From the human T2T-CHM13v2.0 reference genome, Homo sapiens, in the NCBI RefSeq assembly GCF_009914755.1, contig NC_060939.1: 64,000 nucleotides of DNA. One strand, written 5' to 3'. A model generated the notes under the pieces. That model saw only the letters and a list, made by a program, of their open reading frames with translations, searched no databases and was not told the DNA's origin. Below, in pieces: positions 13,577 to 27,500 of this stretch. Each line of letters opens with the position of its first letter. Positions within the stretch are counted from its first letter, which is position 1. Both the position numbers and the translations under genes were made by a program.

Positions 13577-15173
13577 CCTTAGAGGTGTGGGCTGGAATAT
13601 AGCGGAGCACATTTTTAGCATTAAATCTCTCCTTCCTCCTCTAAAATGCTCATGGTGAAATTCCTGTGCCTACTCTTTGTTCTCTTCTGATTAAATACTC
13701 CTGTACACATAGAGACATTTTACACATATACCAAATTTGCACACTACTATTAGGTCCCCAAAACCCAGCAGTGGGTGTATACTTCTGCACATAATCCTAT
13801 TTCCTATTAGAGTCTGAATCTGAAGACTGAAAATTTGTTTCCTTTAACCCTATCATAGACACTTCATAAGGAAGAAAAAGACACCAGATTTTTAGAGACT
13901 TTGATGCGAAACTGAAGTAATAAAGATATTATTTTTATATTTTCCATCATTTTTTCTCTTAGAAGGTGACATCTGTGTGGGACTGGGCTTGGCTGGCCCA
14001 GCAAACACTTTTAGGGTTTCTTTTTGGATAGCTGATGAAACAAAGTTCCTATTGTTTCATCCTCAAAAGAGAGGGCCCAGATGGGATGCATTCCACTTTT
14101 AGCTTAATAGGAAATGAAGTAATTCTTGGGCTGTGCTTCAGCAGTTTTGTTTATCAGTAGCAATATTTCGTTTCCATGGGTGCGGTGCTCCATATAGTGA
14201 GAAGGAGCCTGCAGGAGAGCTCTCCCAACCTCGCACACACACACCTCCTGACCTGCCAGCATAAAAAAGGTGCAGATTAGGTGATTTTAAGAGGGTCATC
14301 AGTAGTTAAGTTTTTGTTTCTCACCTAGGTGCTCCTTGTGTTTTTGTTTATTCTTTCCCTCCTCACTTAATTTTTTTAGTTCTATAGTGCCAATGGCAAG
14401 CTTTGTTGGGCCATGCTGGAGAAGCTCTTTGTAGAGTATTAGGGATCTGTTTTCCTTGAGTTTCCTAAACAGAAGCATTTTAATAGCTAATAATAAAAAC
14501 TACCAGTTTTAGTTGCCCATTTTATGCCAGATACTTTGTGCACAGCTCTAATGTTTTTAACAATCCGTAAGGTTGATGGTGTTCTCATTTTGTGTACAAG
14601 GAAAACAGGCTTCAAGGTTGAATGACTTTCTCAGGATAACCAAATCTGTTGCAGTGGAGCTGGAGTTCAAACCTAATATTTTCTACTTGACAGCTAATTG
14701 CCAGCATACTTGATGAGGATCCCTACAGTTTACTCAGCTGGGAGCAGACTTCTCCCACCCCATAATTTATATTTGTCTTGTAAGTGGACTTGATAGTGTG
14801 AGAAGTTCAGAAATTAATTCCTAATTTAAAATACGGAATTAAAGTTTGGGCTGTGTTTCTTCCAATAGTTTCTCTCTCTCCTTCCCCTCTCTAAATCCTC
14901 TAGAGTAGCTGCCTTCATAAGTTCAGTAAAATTTTCAGAACTTCCCTTTTTAAAAAAAGATTGGGATTTTTATTTTCCTTTCTTGTTACCAGGAAATTTA
15001 ATCAAAGGAAAAACACCATGGAACTAACTGAAAATCCTGCTATTGTTCTTCCTACTGCAGCTTCTGTTTTTATGCAGAAAGTTAGATTGTGGTTATTATA
15101 TCAAATTGGATACAGTTTCTCATCCCCATGTCTTTGCAGTGTAATTGTAGACATTGTTAATAACCCTGCAGTT

Positions 15174-15501
<328 letters not shown>

Positions 15502-16908
15502 TCATATGACTAATGACCCTGTTGCAAATAGTCATGTCTCTAGCGCTAATTTATGATAGTAAGAGGTTTGGTGTAGGCATACGCGGTGTAAAATTATTGA
15601 GTCTGTATTATGTAACTTTTTAAAAAATGCTGATTTACCCCCCAGGTGCTTTATCAGAAAGGTTATAGGAATTAAAAAATAATCTTGAGAGCCACTTGAA
15701 CCTAATGGAAAACATTAATGTGAGAGAGTAGGCCTGCCAAACTGGTGTGGTTGATTTCCGGACAGTAGGGTGAGGTACTTTATTCTTGATCAGTAGTAAC
15801 GCTTCCAATGTACTCTTAAGTTTAATAAAGACTAATCCAGGAAACCCTGAGTTCCCCACTCATCTTTTAACCCTCAGGTTTTCTTTTGAAAAAGAAGCCT
15901 CTAATCGTACCAAACAAATTCCAGATTTATGGCATATTTTACTTATGATGATTCATAGTTTCTTCTTCAGATTTTGAATTCGTGTCTGAAGGGAAAATAT
16001 TGGATTAACAATTGGACAGTTTCTCAGGTATCTCTTTCATGGCTATTTCTGACATTCTGCCTTCTCGGTTATACAGTTTGATTTTAGTTATACACAGAGC
16101 TGACAGTAGCTCACACATCCATCCATTCACCTGCTAACAAACTCTGCTAATGCAGCAGAAAGAGATAAGCATACTGTTGTTGCCAAGCACAACCCCCGCG
16201 CCCCAACACACACCCATCCCGCGTTGTTCTGTTTCTCTCCCTGTCGTTCGCCCTCATCCCATTCTGCCTGAGTAAACAGTCATTTTAGCAATTCGGGACA
16301 AATTTCTGTGCTGATACTTACTTTGGCACTTCACAGTTTTGGGTAAGGTAGCATTGCTTCACCATGGCTCTTTGCTGTGTGAATGGTGTTTACTTTTAGT
16401 GGTATTGTGACTCCCTTTCTGATTCAAGGGTTCAGGTTTCTCATCTTTGCATAGGCCTGAGGAAGGAGATCAATAAGAAAGGAAAAGGACTGGTTAAATG
16501 GATAGGGCTGTGGATATTCTGTTTTACATAGTGTAATCTCTCTTCTAAGGCACTGTAAATTTAAGGTTTGAAGGCATAATTCAATTTGGATCTCAGATTA
16601 CTTGCATCATCATCATCATTGAATTGTGAAATTTTGACATTTATTGACATTTATTCATATCTACCTCAAAGGACTTTCAGAAGTTTACAGATTAGCTTAA
16701 TTTTGGATAAATGGGACAATGCTATATATTGATTCTGTTGACGAACCACAGCATTTCTTCTTTAAAGCAGTTCTCCTGACTGACATACGTATCACTCCAT
16801 CCATCCATCGTTCATCATCCATCCACCATCAGTTTATTTGGAAATTAAGTGAGGCTATATATGGTGTTTTGGGTGATAATAATAAAGAATTTAGGAGGCC
16901 CCTTCTAG

Positions 16909-17189
<281 letters not shown>

Positions 17190-17999
17190 TAAGTCCTTCT
17201 TAATTGCCATCTCCTTTGTGAAATCTTCCTGCTTTTGCCCACATATGGAATGCACCACTCCTCTCCCCAGATTGCACTGTATTTAGATATTTAGGTATTT
17301 TAGATAGGAAAGTTCTTGTAGAACTCCTCTCATTTTGACTTCATTGCAGTTATCTGCAACTTGATTCTCTGTTATGAACCGTAAATCTCTGGGGAGTTGA
17401 GACTCCTTACTTTACTCATCTTCACCTTCTGATCATAGTGCCTGGACTTGATGGATGTCTAGCTTTTAGCTCTTGAACAAAACTGAGTCAGATGTTAGAG
17501 AATATTTTAAAAGAAACATTTTCTGCTAGAAAAATAGACAAATCTTACTAACTGAATCATTTGGCTTGTTTCTGCTAACATTGATGTCTGTGTAGTTAGG
17601 CTGGCTGCCCTTCAAAGAAATATTGCTTTTTTCCCCTAATTCTCTTTCATATATTAAATGCATAAATACCGCATATACATTATTATAAAGTGTGCATGCA
17701 TGTGCACGTGCTCGCACTTGCACACACACACCAGGCAGCGGATGCTTCAGCTTGCTACAGCCTTCTTAGAAAGAATTCGACTTGGAAGGCAGTGGGAGTA
17801 TCGTGTGGATTCAGTGTTCATGTGAAGACTTATCTTCATGGTTCATGAACCAATTATTCTTGCTTAAAAGTTAAACTAGCCCATCATTCCAAGTGTTAGG
17901 CTCCTCTTAGGCAGGGACTTAGCTCTTAGCCTTCTTCCTCTTCAAACACATTGCCCTGTTTATAGGCAATGTGATACAAAACCCTTGCATCCTGATATA

Positions 18000-18200
18000 A
18001 TAGACCATGTCCTTTGGCATCAGCCTCGACTCTGAATAATGAATTCTGCACCTTAATATCTGTGTAACATGGGGCAAGTTACTTCTTTAAGTCTCAGTTT
18101 CTCATCTATAAATTGAGAACAATACATGCCTCATAAAATTGTTGTGGAGAGATGACTGTCAGATGCCTGGCGTGTGCTAGGTACTTGCTTGGTAAATGTT
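18000..18200 (+). mobile_element. MIR
   Basis: ggcaagttactt...ctcagtttctcatctataaa core. Confidence 0.65.
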
Positions 18201-18887
18201 TCCTACCACCCTAAAATTACACAGCAGTGAGAGATTTCTCTTGCCACAGGATGAGGGCTTAAGGAGGCCCTTGGGAAAAAAGCATGTGGAAAATTAACTT
18301 ACTTATTATTCTGATTACATGGAAGAAACATTGTCTCTTTCAAAGACAGCAGAAAGCTTAGTTCATTCCAAGTCTGAAACCTCTGTTGGCCTGTGCCCGT
18401 GGTATGGAAATTCAGTCGCAGGGACCATGTAGAGGGTTTCCCTCCATGCCCTTAGCTGTAGAAGAGCAGTCTGAATGTGTTAGAGATTCAGGGAAGTGGC
18501 ACGTGCATGGGTGCCCATGATTAATCAGGCAGAGCACAAAGTGGCGTTACCCAAACAAAAACATTAACTCTACTTTCTTTTCTGTCATCAGAAAGATAAT
18601 GGGAGAAGGATGGTGATAGGAGCATAGTTCTGGCTATTTGAGATCAGTGTGTGAAAACAGGGGAAATAGTGTTCATTGTGATGAGTATATTCTGAATATT
18701 GGAAATATTTAATTCTGTGAGGCTAAAATTTCAAAAGAAAGCCCAATTGTCCAAGAAGGTCTTACCCATAGACACGTGGTGTTAAATCTTGCTGACCTGT
18801 CTGCAGCCGAACTCTTTGGAGTGGCATGCAGTTTTCTGCCTCCAATCATCACTCCTGAGGTGCCTGCCAGTCTGTACACTGGGCACC

Positions 18888-18963
18888 ATGGAGTCCTTGG
18901 CATGTTTGCGTTTCCTGAACTGGGCTCCCAGCCACAGCATTGCATTATCCTCATGCAAACCAG
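18888..18963 (+). CDS. Candidate alternative first/cassette exon coding part MESLACLRFLNWAPSHSIALSSCKP(G), phase 1, in frame with exon 4
   Basis: Near-optimal Kozak gcaccATGG, donor CCAG|gtaatt, 76 nt (phase 1). Inferred only. Confidence 0.3.
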
Positions 18964-19613
18964 GTAATTTCATTGAAGTCCTCATTACATTAGTGGTTGA
19001 GATGGGAAATAATGTGTATCTGAGAACAAAAATCATTACTTATTTTTTAGGCCTTGGATTGCTCATAGTAGTAAAATAAAATCAAGTAATTATGTACTTT
19101 TCCAAGTGCTTCATCATGTGAGCCTTTGTATCGTGATAATAAAGCAAGTGCTAGTGAATCTGTAAAATTCTTGCTATATAACTTGTATGAGTGATATTTT
19201 TTCCTGTTATGTTTTCAGATCTAATTTAGTTCAGTAGCTATTGGACTTTCCATCATATGCTATGCCTTGAAGGTCCTTCAGCTTTCATTCTTAAATATGT
19301 TCAAATTGAATAGCCCTTGTTGACATTCAGAGCCTGTTCGGTTCCAGATACCATGTTATAGGCATGGTGAAAGCTGGGATACAAAGTTTTTTGTTTTTTG
19401 TTAAGGGAATTCATATTTGCAAATAATGTTAAAAGCTGAAAATGGAGTTTTAAGAAGTTTGGAAAAATGCTGTCAGAGCTCAAGAGGAAGGAGGGGGTGT
19501 TTTTTAGGAGGAGAAATTTGTATGTCGTGAAATAAGAGCTAAGAGGATCCACTAGCGTCCTTTCAGCAGTGAGGCTCTAATACTGTTTTATTTGCTGCCT
19601 GTGTTTCCTTTAG

Positions 19614-19910
19614 GTCATGATTGTTGTGAAACAGTGAAGGTGCAGCTCTGTGCTTCCAAAGAGGGCCTTCCCGTGTTTGTGGTGGCTGAAGAAGACTTTC
19701 ATTTCGTCCAGGATGAAGCGTATGATGCAGCTCAATTCCTAGCAACCAGTGCTGGAAATCAGCAGGCTTTGAACTTTACCCGTTTTCTTGACCAGTCAGG
19801 ACCCCCATCTGGGGATGTGAATTCCCTTGATAAGAAGTTGGTGCTGGCATTCAGGCACCTGAAGCTGCCCACGGAGTGGAATGTATTGGGGACAGATCAG
19901 AGTTTGCATG
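19614..19910 (+). CDS. AKAP13: AKAP13 coding exon 4, (G)HDCCETVKVQLC...GTDQSLH(D); phase 1-1, 297 nt
   Basis: Acceptor gtgtttcctttag|GTCAT, donor GCATG|gtgaga; lies within ORF 19592..19972; recognised AKAP13 peptide. Confidence 0.96.
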
Positions 19911-20455
19911 GTGAGAATTTATATGATCTACAAACACACTTTAAGTTTGTGATATTTCTACTTTTTTTTTAATGGGGCTACTTTTCTATGGTCATCATAT
20001 TCAGGTCTTCCACAGAGGCTGCGTAAATCTTAGAATTACTGTAGGAAAGTGGCCTCAATGGCATCTCTTCTAGGTTCTTCAATTGAGCTGTTAAGCATGT
20101 TGTTGCAGCGAAATGACCCTAGGGATTACCCAAGGAGAGTGGCACGTCACCTTCCTGTGGGTCTGGATTTCAGATTTGATCTCTCAAGTGTAGAAAGTGA
20201 CATGCTCTTCATGAGGAGAGTAGCAGAGTTACTTTTTGGTGTTTAATGATCAAAGACATGGTTTTCATTATTGTATTCTGAAGTTCTCTAAAGATAGCCT
20301 GGAAGTGAAGGAGAGGAAAGATTGGGCAGTGAGTGGGAGGAGCATGAGAACAGGGTGTGCTCTGAGAAACCACACACTTCCTTAACCAGGTTAGTGTCAC
20401 TCTTACTGACTTTATCTGTTGGCCCTCCCTATGAGAGTTCACTGAAGAAAGGACT

Positions 20456-20849
<394 letters not shown>

Positions 20850-21796
20850 TGACATCTACTTGATGTCATAATTGTATAGATATTTTTTAATGAAACATAA
20901 TGTGTACCTGGAGTTCAATAAGTAACATCCAGTTTCCCTTCTGAGTTCAAGTCCAATTGAACGATTTGGGAGTCCTGAGATAGAAACCAAAATGTTTATT
21001 ACTGATGAAATCTAGATTGGAAGCCTGATGTTAGAGCTCCTGCCAGAAGGGTCTGCTTGTACTTTCTATGTCTTCAATGAAAGAGCTGGTCAGTCACACC
21101 ATTGCCCTGTAGAGTCCACCCAGCCTTGAGTATTGAATTATTTTGGGTAAGCAGACCACAAGTCACTCTCCCCACAGGTGAGCAGTTCCTGAGGAGAAAT
21201 ACCCAGAGGGGCCTGAGCCATAGCATAGTTAGTTTCTACACTCAGATGAATTTTGTCTTCTTCCATGGAAGAATGGTAAAGAGGTCTTTGCCAGCTTTGA
21301 TTCTCTTAAATCTACACTAAATTTAACAGTTAAACCTGTGGTCAGCCGTCAGAACGGTGTCCCATACTGTCAGGTGCATACTGTCAGATTCTACCTGGAT
21401 AGTCCTGCCCAGGTAAAACCTGAAAGGAAGTATCAAATCAAGGAAGAAAGGATTTATCCTTTTCTTCTTCTTTTTTTAAGTATAGTGTCCAAGAAACTTC
21501 TGTCTTGCTAATATTTAGAGATCAGAATATTTGACATTCTGAAAAGGCACTCATGCCTTATATAAACCTGGTGATGGGCCTTAATACCTCTAGCTCCTCC
21601 TATTTCTGTATTGATACAGGAATGTTTATTCTGGCTGCCTTTCACAAATCAGTGTCAAGATAGTACTGCATTAGTTATTTGTGGGGCTTATGGTGTTTTA
21701 TGGTTTTGTTTTGTCTTGTTTAAAGAGGGGCCCAGGAGTTGGATAGTTTTATGTTGCCATGATTAAAAACAACTATTAGAAAAAGCAAACATCTGA

Positions 21797-22150
<354 letters not shown>

Positions 22151-22289
22151 TAACTTCCTTGTCTTTAATAGGAGGGAATTGGCCAGCTTTAATTTTTTTT
22201 TGTACTGTCAGTGTACTGGTAAATTTTCTGTTGCACAAAATTGCTCAAGCAGTGCTAACAAAGGCCAAACCAAATTTGAACACTTGAGG

Positions 22290-23030
22290 AAGGAAATACA
22301 TATTAAAACCACAATGAGATATCATTACACATTTATCATAATGGCTAAGATGAAGAATACCAAGTGCTGGCAAAGATGAAGAACATATCATATGTTGCTT
22401 GTAGGAATGCAAAATGTATAACCACTCTAGAAATATTTGGCAGTTTCTTGTAAAGTTAAACATACACTTAGCGTATGACCCAGTAATCCCACTTTTGGGT
22501 GTTTATCCTAGAGAAATGAAAATCTGTAGTCACCAAAAAGTCTGTGCACGGACGTGCTCATAGTAATGTTATTCATAATCTTCAAAAACTGGAAATAACC
22601 CAGATTTCCCTCACTGAGTGAATACAGAAGCAAACTATAATATATCCATACAGTGGAATACTACTCAGCAATAAAAAGAAGCAAACTGTTGACATGTGCA
22701 ACAACTTGGATGTGTTTTAAATGCATTATGCGGGAAAATGAAGTCAGTTTCCAAAGGTTCCATACTATGTGATTCTATTTATATGATATTCTGGAAGATG
22801 CAAAATTATAGAAAAAGAGAACAGATGAGTAGTTGCTAGGGGCTGGGAGTGGGGGAAGTCTGACTGGAAAGAGGTATCATGAGGGAATTCTTTGGGTTGT
22901 TGGAGTTGTTTTGTCTTGTTCGTGGTGGTGGCTGTAAGAATCTATGCATGTGTTAAAACTCATAGGAGTGTACATCCCCTAAAGGTGAATTTTATTGTAC
23001 ATATATTTAAAATAATAAAATAACAAAAGA
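22290..23030 (+). mobile_element. L1M (L1ME/MD-type) ORF2 end and 3' UTR
   Basis: attaaaaccacaatgagatatcattac (IKTTMRYH), gacccagtaatcccactt, A-rich end. Confidence 0.8.
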
Positions 23031-24451
23031 AATTGTGTAAGTTGTATACTTTGCAAGGTGAAATGCATGCAAGTGACTTGATAGAAGTGTCTTTAAGTCA
23101 ACAACTGGGATGAGGAATCTGATTTTCTGTGCTCAGTTCACATTCTGCAGTTTAAATTGTTCTATTAATTGATGATTAGAATCTGGGAACACTGGGTACA
23201 GTAAGGGAGAGAAGCATCAGTTAAGAGTTCATCACGCCTGCTGTTGAGGGACAAATGTAATGGAATAGTCTGTTCACATCAATGAGTTGCACATAAATAC
23301 TTTTAAATAGGTATTTAAAGGAGAAAGGTACAAAGTAACCATGATGCCTGAGGTAATACAGGTAAATAAGGCACCTTGTTACATAACAGGACTTCTTGCT
23401 GTTGAAAGCTAGGATGTTTAGAGATATTCTAGCCTAATACTTAGACAAAGTAGTTTATGTAAGATTTATGGCTAATCCTCCTACTGTTTTAATTGTTTAG
23501 TTGCAGTGCTTTTTAGCTTTCTTCAGGTCAGTGACTCCTTTGGAAATTGCTCAGATTTCTCCTCAGAAAAAAATGTTTATAGGTGCCTATGTGCACACAT
23601 TTACATATGATAAATTTCTTAAGTCTCCCTGAACTTCAGGCATGAGCATAAAGTTAAGAATTCTGGGTTTAACTTTGCTCTTACAAAGTGGGAAAAGCAG
23701 GGGCATTGGAGTCAGTTTGTTTGCATCCTGGCTTCATTGCAAGAGTTTGTGCAAAATACTCAATCTCTCTGTTACTTAATTTCCTCATCTGTGAAATGGG
23801 GGAAAGTGTATTCTGATAATGTGTGCTAGTTTATAAGCTATTCATTTTGAATGTACCATTTGGAGACACAAAACATTGATGTTTTACTTGTTACAAAAAT
23901 TAATCTTCACTTTAAATATGAACAGGAGGGAGTTTGTCCTTTTAAATCTTCCAAATGTTCTCTCATCCCTAATTATATAAACAAGCTTCTACACATTGTA
24001 CTGTTTGCCACAGTTCTGCCTTAAATGCAGGTGATAAGGATTCATCTGGGTGTGGCGTGAATGGTGGGGTAAGGACATTTTTTTCTCTGAGTTTTCCAAG
24101 TCTCACTTAGTTTCTCAGCTCGGTGGTTAGTGAAAATGGTAAGCTAGGGGGGTGTTTTCCCTGAGAGACCCTTGTGCAGTAGCCGTCAGCATAACTCCCA
24201 GGTAATGTAGGGTGGGCCCACTGCAGACTTGCTCTAGAGGAAGCAGGGAGAAACATCCTGGGGGAATCTTCATTCTTATTTACTCATGATATTGTATAAC
24301 CAAGTGAAAAAGAGATCTGATCATCTTTGGGGGCAAGAATTCTCCCCTCAAAGAGAAATTTGGGTGGAGAGGTGGAAGACAGGTTTAGGAAAAACTGCAG
24401 TAAGAACAGCCTGTGTATTCCCAATTCTATACATCTGATATTGGTTAATAG

Positions 24452-24818
<367 letters not shown>

Positions 24819-24868
24819 TTGATAGCTTTTCATAAATATTTTTTCGTAGCTACATTAGTGTTTGTGTA

Positions 24869-25159
<291 letters not shown>

Positions 25160-26049
25160 TGTGTTTGTGTATTTTTTCAGCTGTCATCACTGCTGAAAAG
25201 AAAATAACAACATATTTTAAAACTGCTAGTGGTTTTTTTTTCCCCTTGGCAGAAGATTAATATTTATTGATCCCAAGACTAGTAGTGGTAGGACTTGAGC
25301 TCCAAAAGGTTTTGTTGCCTCTGAAACCTTGTTTTTGTTACAAGGTTACAGGTCTCATTTTTCCACAACTGCATTTTCTCACAGTGGCCTGTTCTCCTTC
25401 CTTTCACATGCAGCTGAGAATTCCTGCATCATGTGGGACTTTAGGTTTTTTAAGAGGTAGTCCAGAATAGTACAAAGAATGGTGATTTTGGAATCATAGG
25501 TATAGATTCAAAGAGTACTGTAAGCTGGGCTTGCTGGGGGGATTGATGGGGTAGGAAAGTAGTCCTTGATTATTGTACTGATCTCAGAACTTAGAACATT
25601 TTACTTAGAGAATCTGACCATTTATAAAAGATACAACCCTCTAGCAGGCTCATCATGCTTGAATGCCTACTAGGCACATCAACTTTTTTGCAGATCTGAG
25701 GGAAGGTGTGTGACAGGTGTGTCCAGCATATAAGTAAATAGAAAGCAGGATGTGAGACATTTTCTGCCTTCCTTCTCTGTGGGTAGAGGCTAAGCCTACA
25801 GAGATCTTTCCAATTAAGTATGGTTAAACAGGATAACCAGCCAACATGGGGTCTATGGAATAACATTACAGCATAAAGAAAAGGGAAAAGTATCATAAGT
25901 ATTCAGATGGAAGATTTTCTGAGTATGCTTTCTGTAAGAAACAAAAAAATGTAGATGATATTTCCCATTTGCCCTTTAAAGAGCTCAATAAAATCAGGTT
26001 TATTATGAAATTAGAGAAGGAGACAGCAAGGAGAAAAGTAGGTTTTATG

Positions 26050-26435
26050 AGTCAGTGTTCAAGTAGAGAAGCAGAACCACTAAGAGAAATAATATGTTGA
26101 GATTTATTACAAGGAATGGCGCCTTTGATTGTGAGGGCTAATAAGTCCAAAATTTGTAGGGCAGGAGGGGGAGGGAAGATCATGGGCAAAAGTCAGTCCA
26201 CCAACATGGGCCAAAATATCACGTGAGGAAGGGAAGATCGTGGGCAGGATGGAGCTCCACAGGCACAGGCTAGTGCTGTCCTCCACAGGTGGAATGGAAT
26301 CCCTTCTCTCCAGGGGAAATCTAAGACCTGCTTTCAGAGCCTTCCAGTTGATGCAGTGGGATTATCCTGCCCACATAATCCAGGATAACCTCCCTTATTA
26401 GATCAACTGGTTAGGGGCTTTAATTACATCTGCGG
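26050..26435 (+). mobile_element. MLT2-like (ERVL) LTR fragment
   Basis: agagaagcagaacca...gatttattacaaggaatgg...tttaattacatctgc. Confidence 0.55.
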
Positions 26436-26859
26436 CAAAGCTATTATTATGACGACAAGGATGGAAGGGGAGTGAGTTGGCAAAAATGATGCAGCCATCC
26501 ACAATCCTAAAGCACAGTTAATTCACACTGGGGACAAAGGACTCAGTTGACACTGTAGGAAAGGCCATTAGTGATCTAAAAAAATGAAGTTGAGTAACTC
26601 AGATTACAGAGGAGTACTGATGCAGAGAAAAGGGAACAGAGATTGATCCTAAATGATTGAGCTCTGCAGTTTAAACACAAAAGGAAGAAAGCAGTGATGG
26701 AAGCTTTCATGCTCTTAAAACAACACAGACTAAAGGAAACTAAATTCATATATTCGTTTATCCCTTTGCACCTTGGCCTCTTCTACAAACCTAATTCACA
26801 TGACCCCTGAATCAAATAAAAATGTGTGAGAAATTAATGGGAGAATACCTAAAACTGGG

Positions 26860-27500
26860 GGTATATGCATGCGGTGGACTACTCAGCAGTAAAAGAGAAT
26901 GTACTACTGCTACATGCAGCAATGTAGATGAATCTCAAACATGCTCATCGAAGAAGCCTTACACAAGAGTGTATATTCTATAATTTCATCTATATGGAGT
27001 TGTAGAACAGGCAAAACTAATGTAGGTGAAAAATTCAGAACAATGGTTAACTCTGAATGAGGAGGAGAGGATTAACTGGAAAGTGGCACAAAAGAACTTT
27101 TTTGGATATTGGTAATTTTCTATATGTTGGTACAGATTTGGGTTCACGTGTATATGCATTTGTCAAAATTTATCAAATGGGTATACTATACCATATGTAT
27201 TTCATTGTATATAAATCACCTAAAATTGTAACTACATATTGAATGCTAGTTAATTATATGCATGCTGAAGTATTTTGGGGTGAAGTGGACTGATATCTTC
27301 AAGTTATTTTGAAATGCATAAAAATAAGGTGGATCGATGGGGAAATAGAAGGAAGAATCGTTGGATATATATGTGATAAGGCAAATATAGAAAAACATTA
27401 ATTGTAGGATCTAGGTTGTTGAGTGAGTGTCTGGCTATTTGCTGTGTGATTCTTTGAACTATGTGTATGTTGGAAAAGTTAATAAAATGTTGGAAGAAAA
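26860..27500 (+). mobile_element. L1MC/MD-type 3' fragment
   Basis: actactcagcagtaaaagag, agaacaggcaaaactaa, ttttgaaatgcataaaaataag. Confidence 0.7.

Noticed and set aside
16764-16790. Peptide AVLLTDI in ORF 16719..17009, identical to a stretch I recall in AKAP13's own PH domain (EVQAVLLTDILVF)
   Set aside because: Only 7 residues, flanks do not match, and a 7-mer match between six frames of 64 kb and a ~2800-aa protein is plausible by chance.
23510-23532. Recursive-splice-like ttttagctttcttcag|gtcagt
   Set aside because: Appears to lie in the end of a decayed hAT-type element, in an intron of only ~10 kb; no support beyond the motif.
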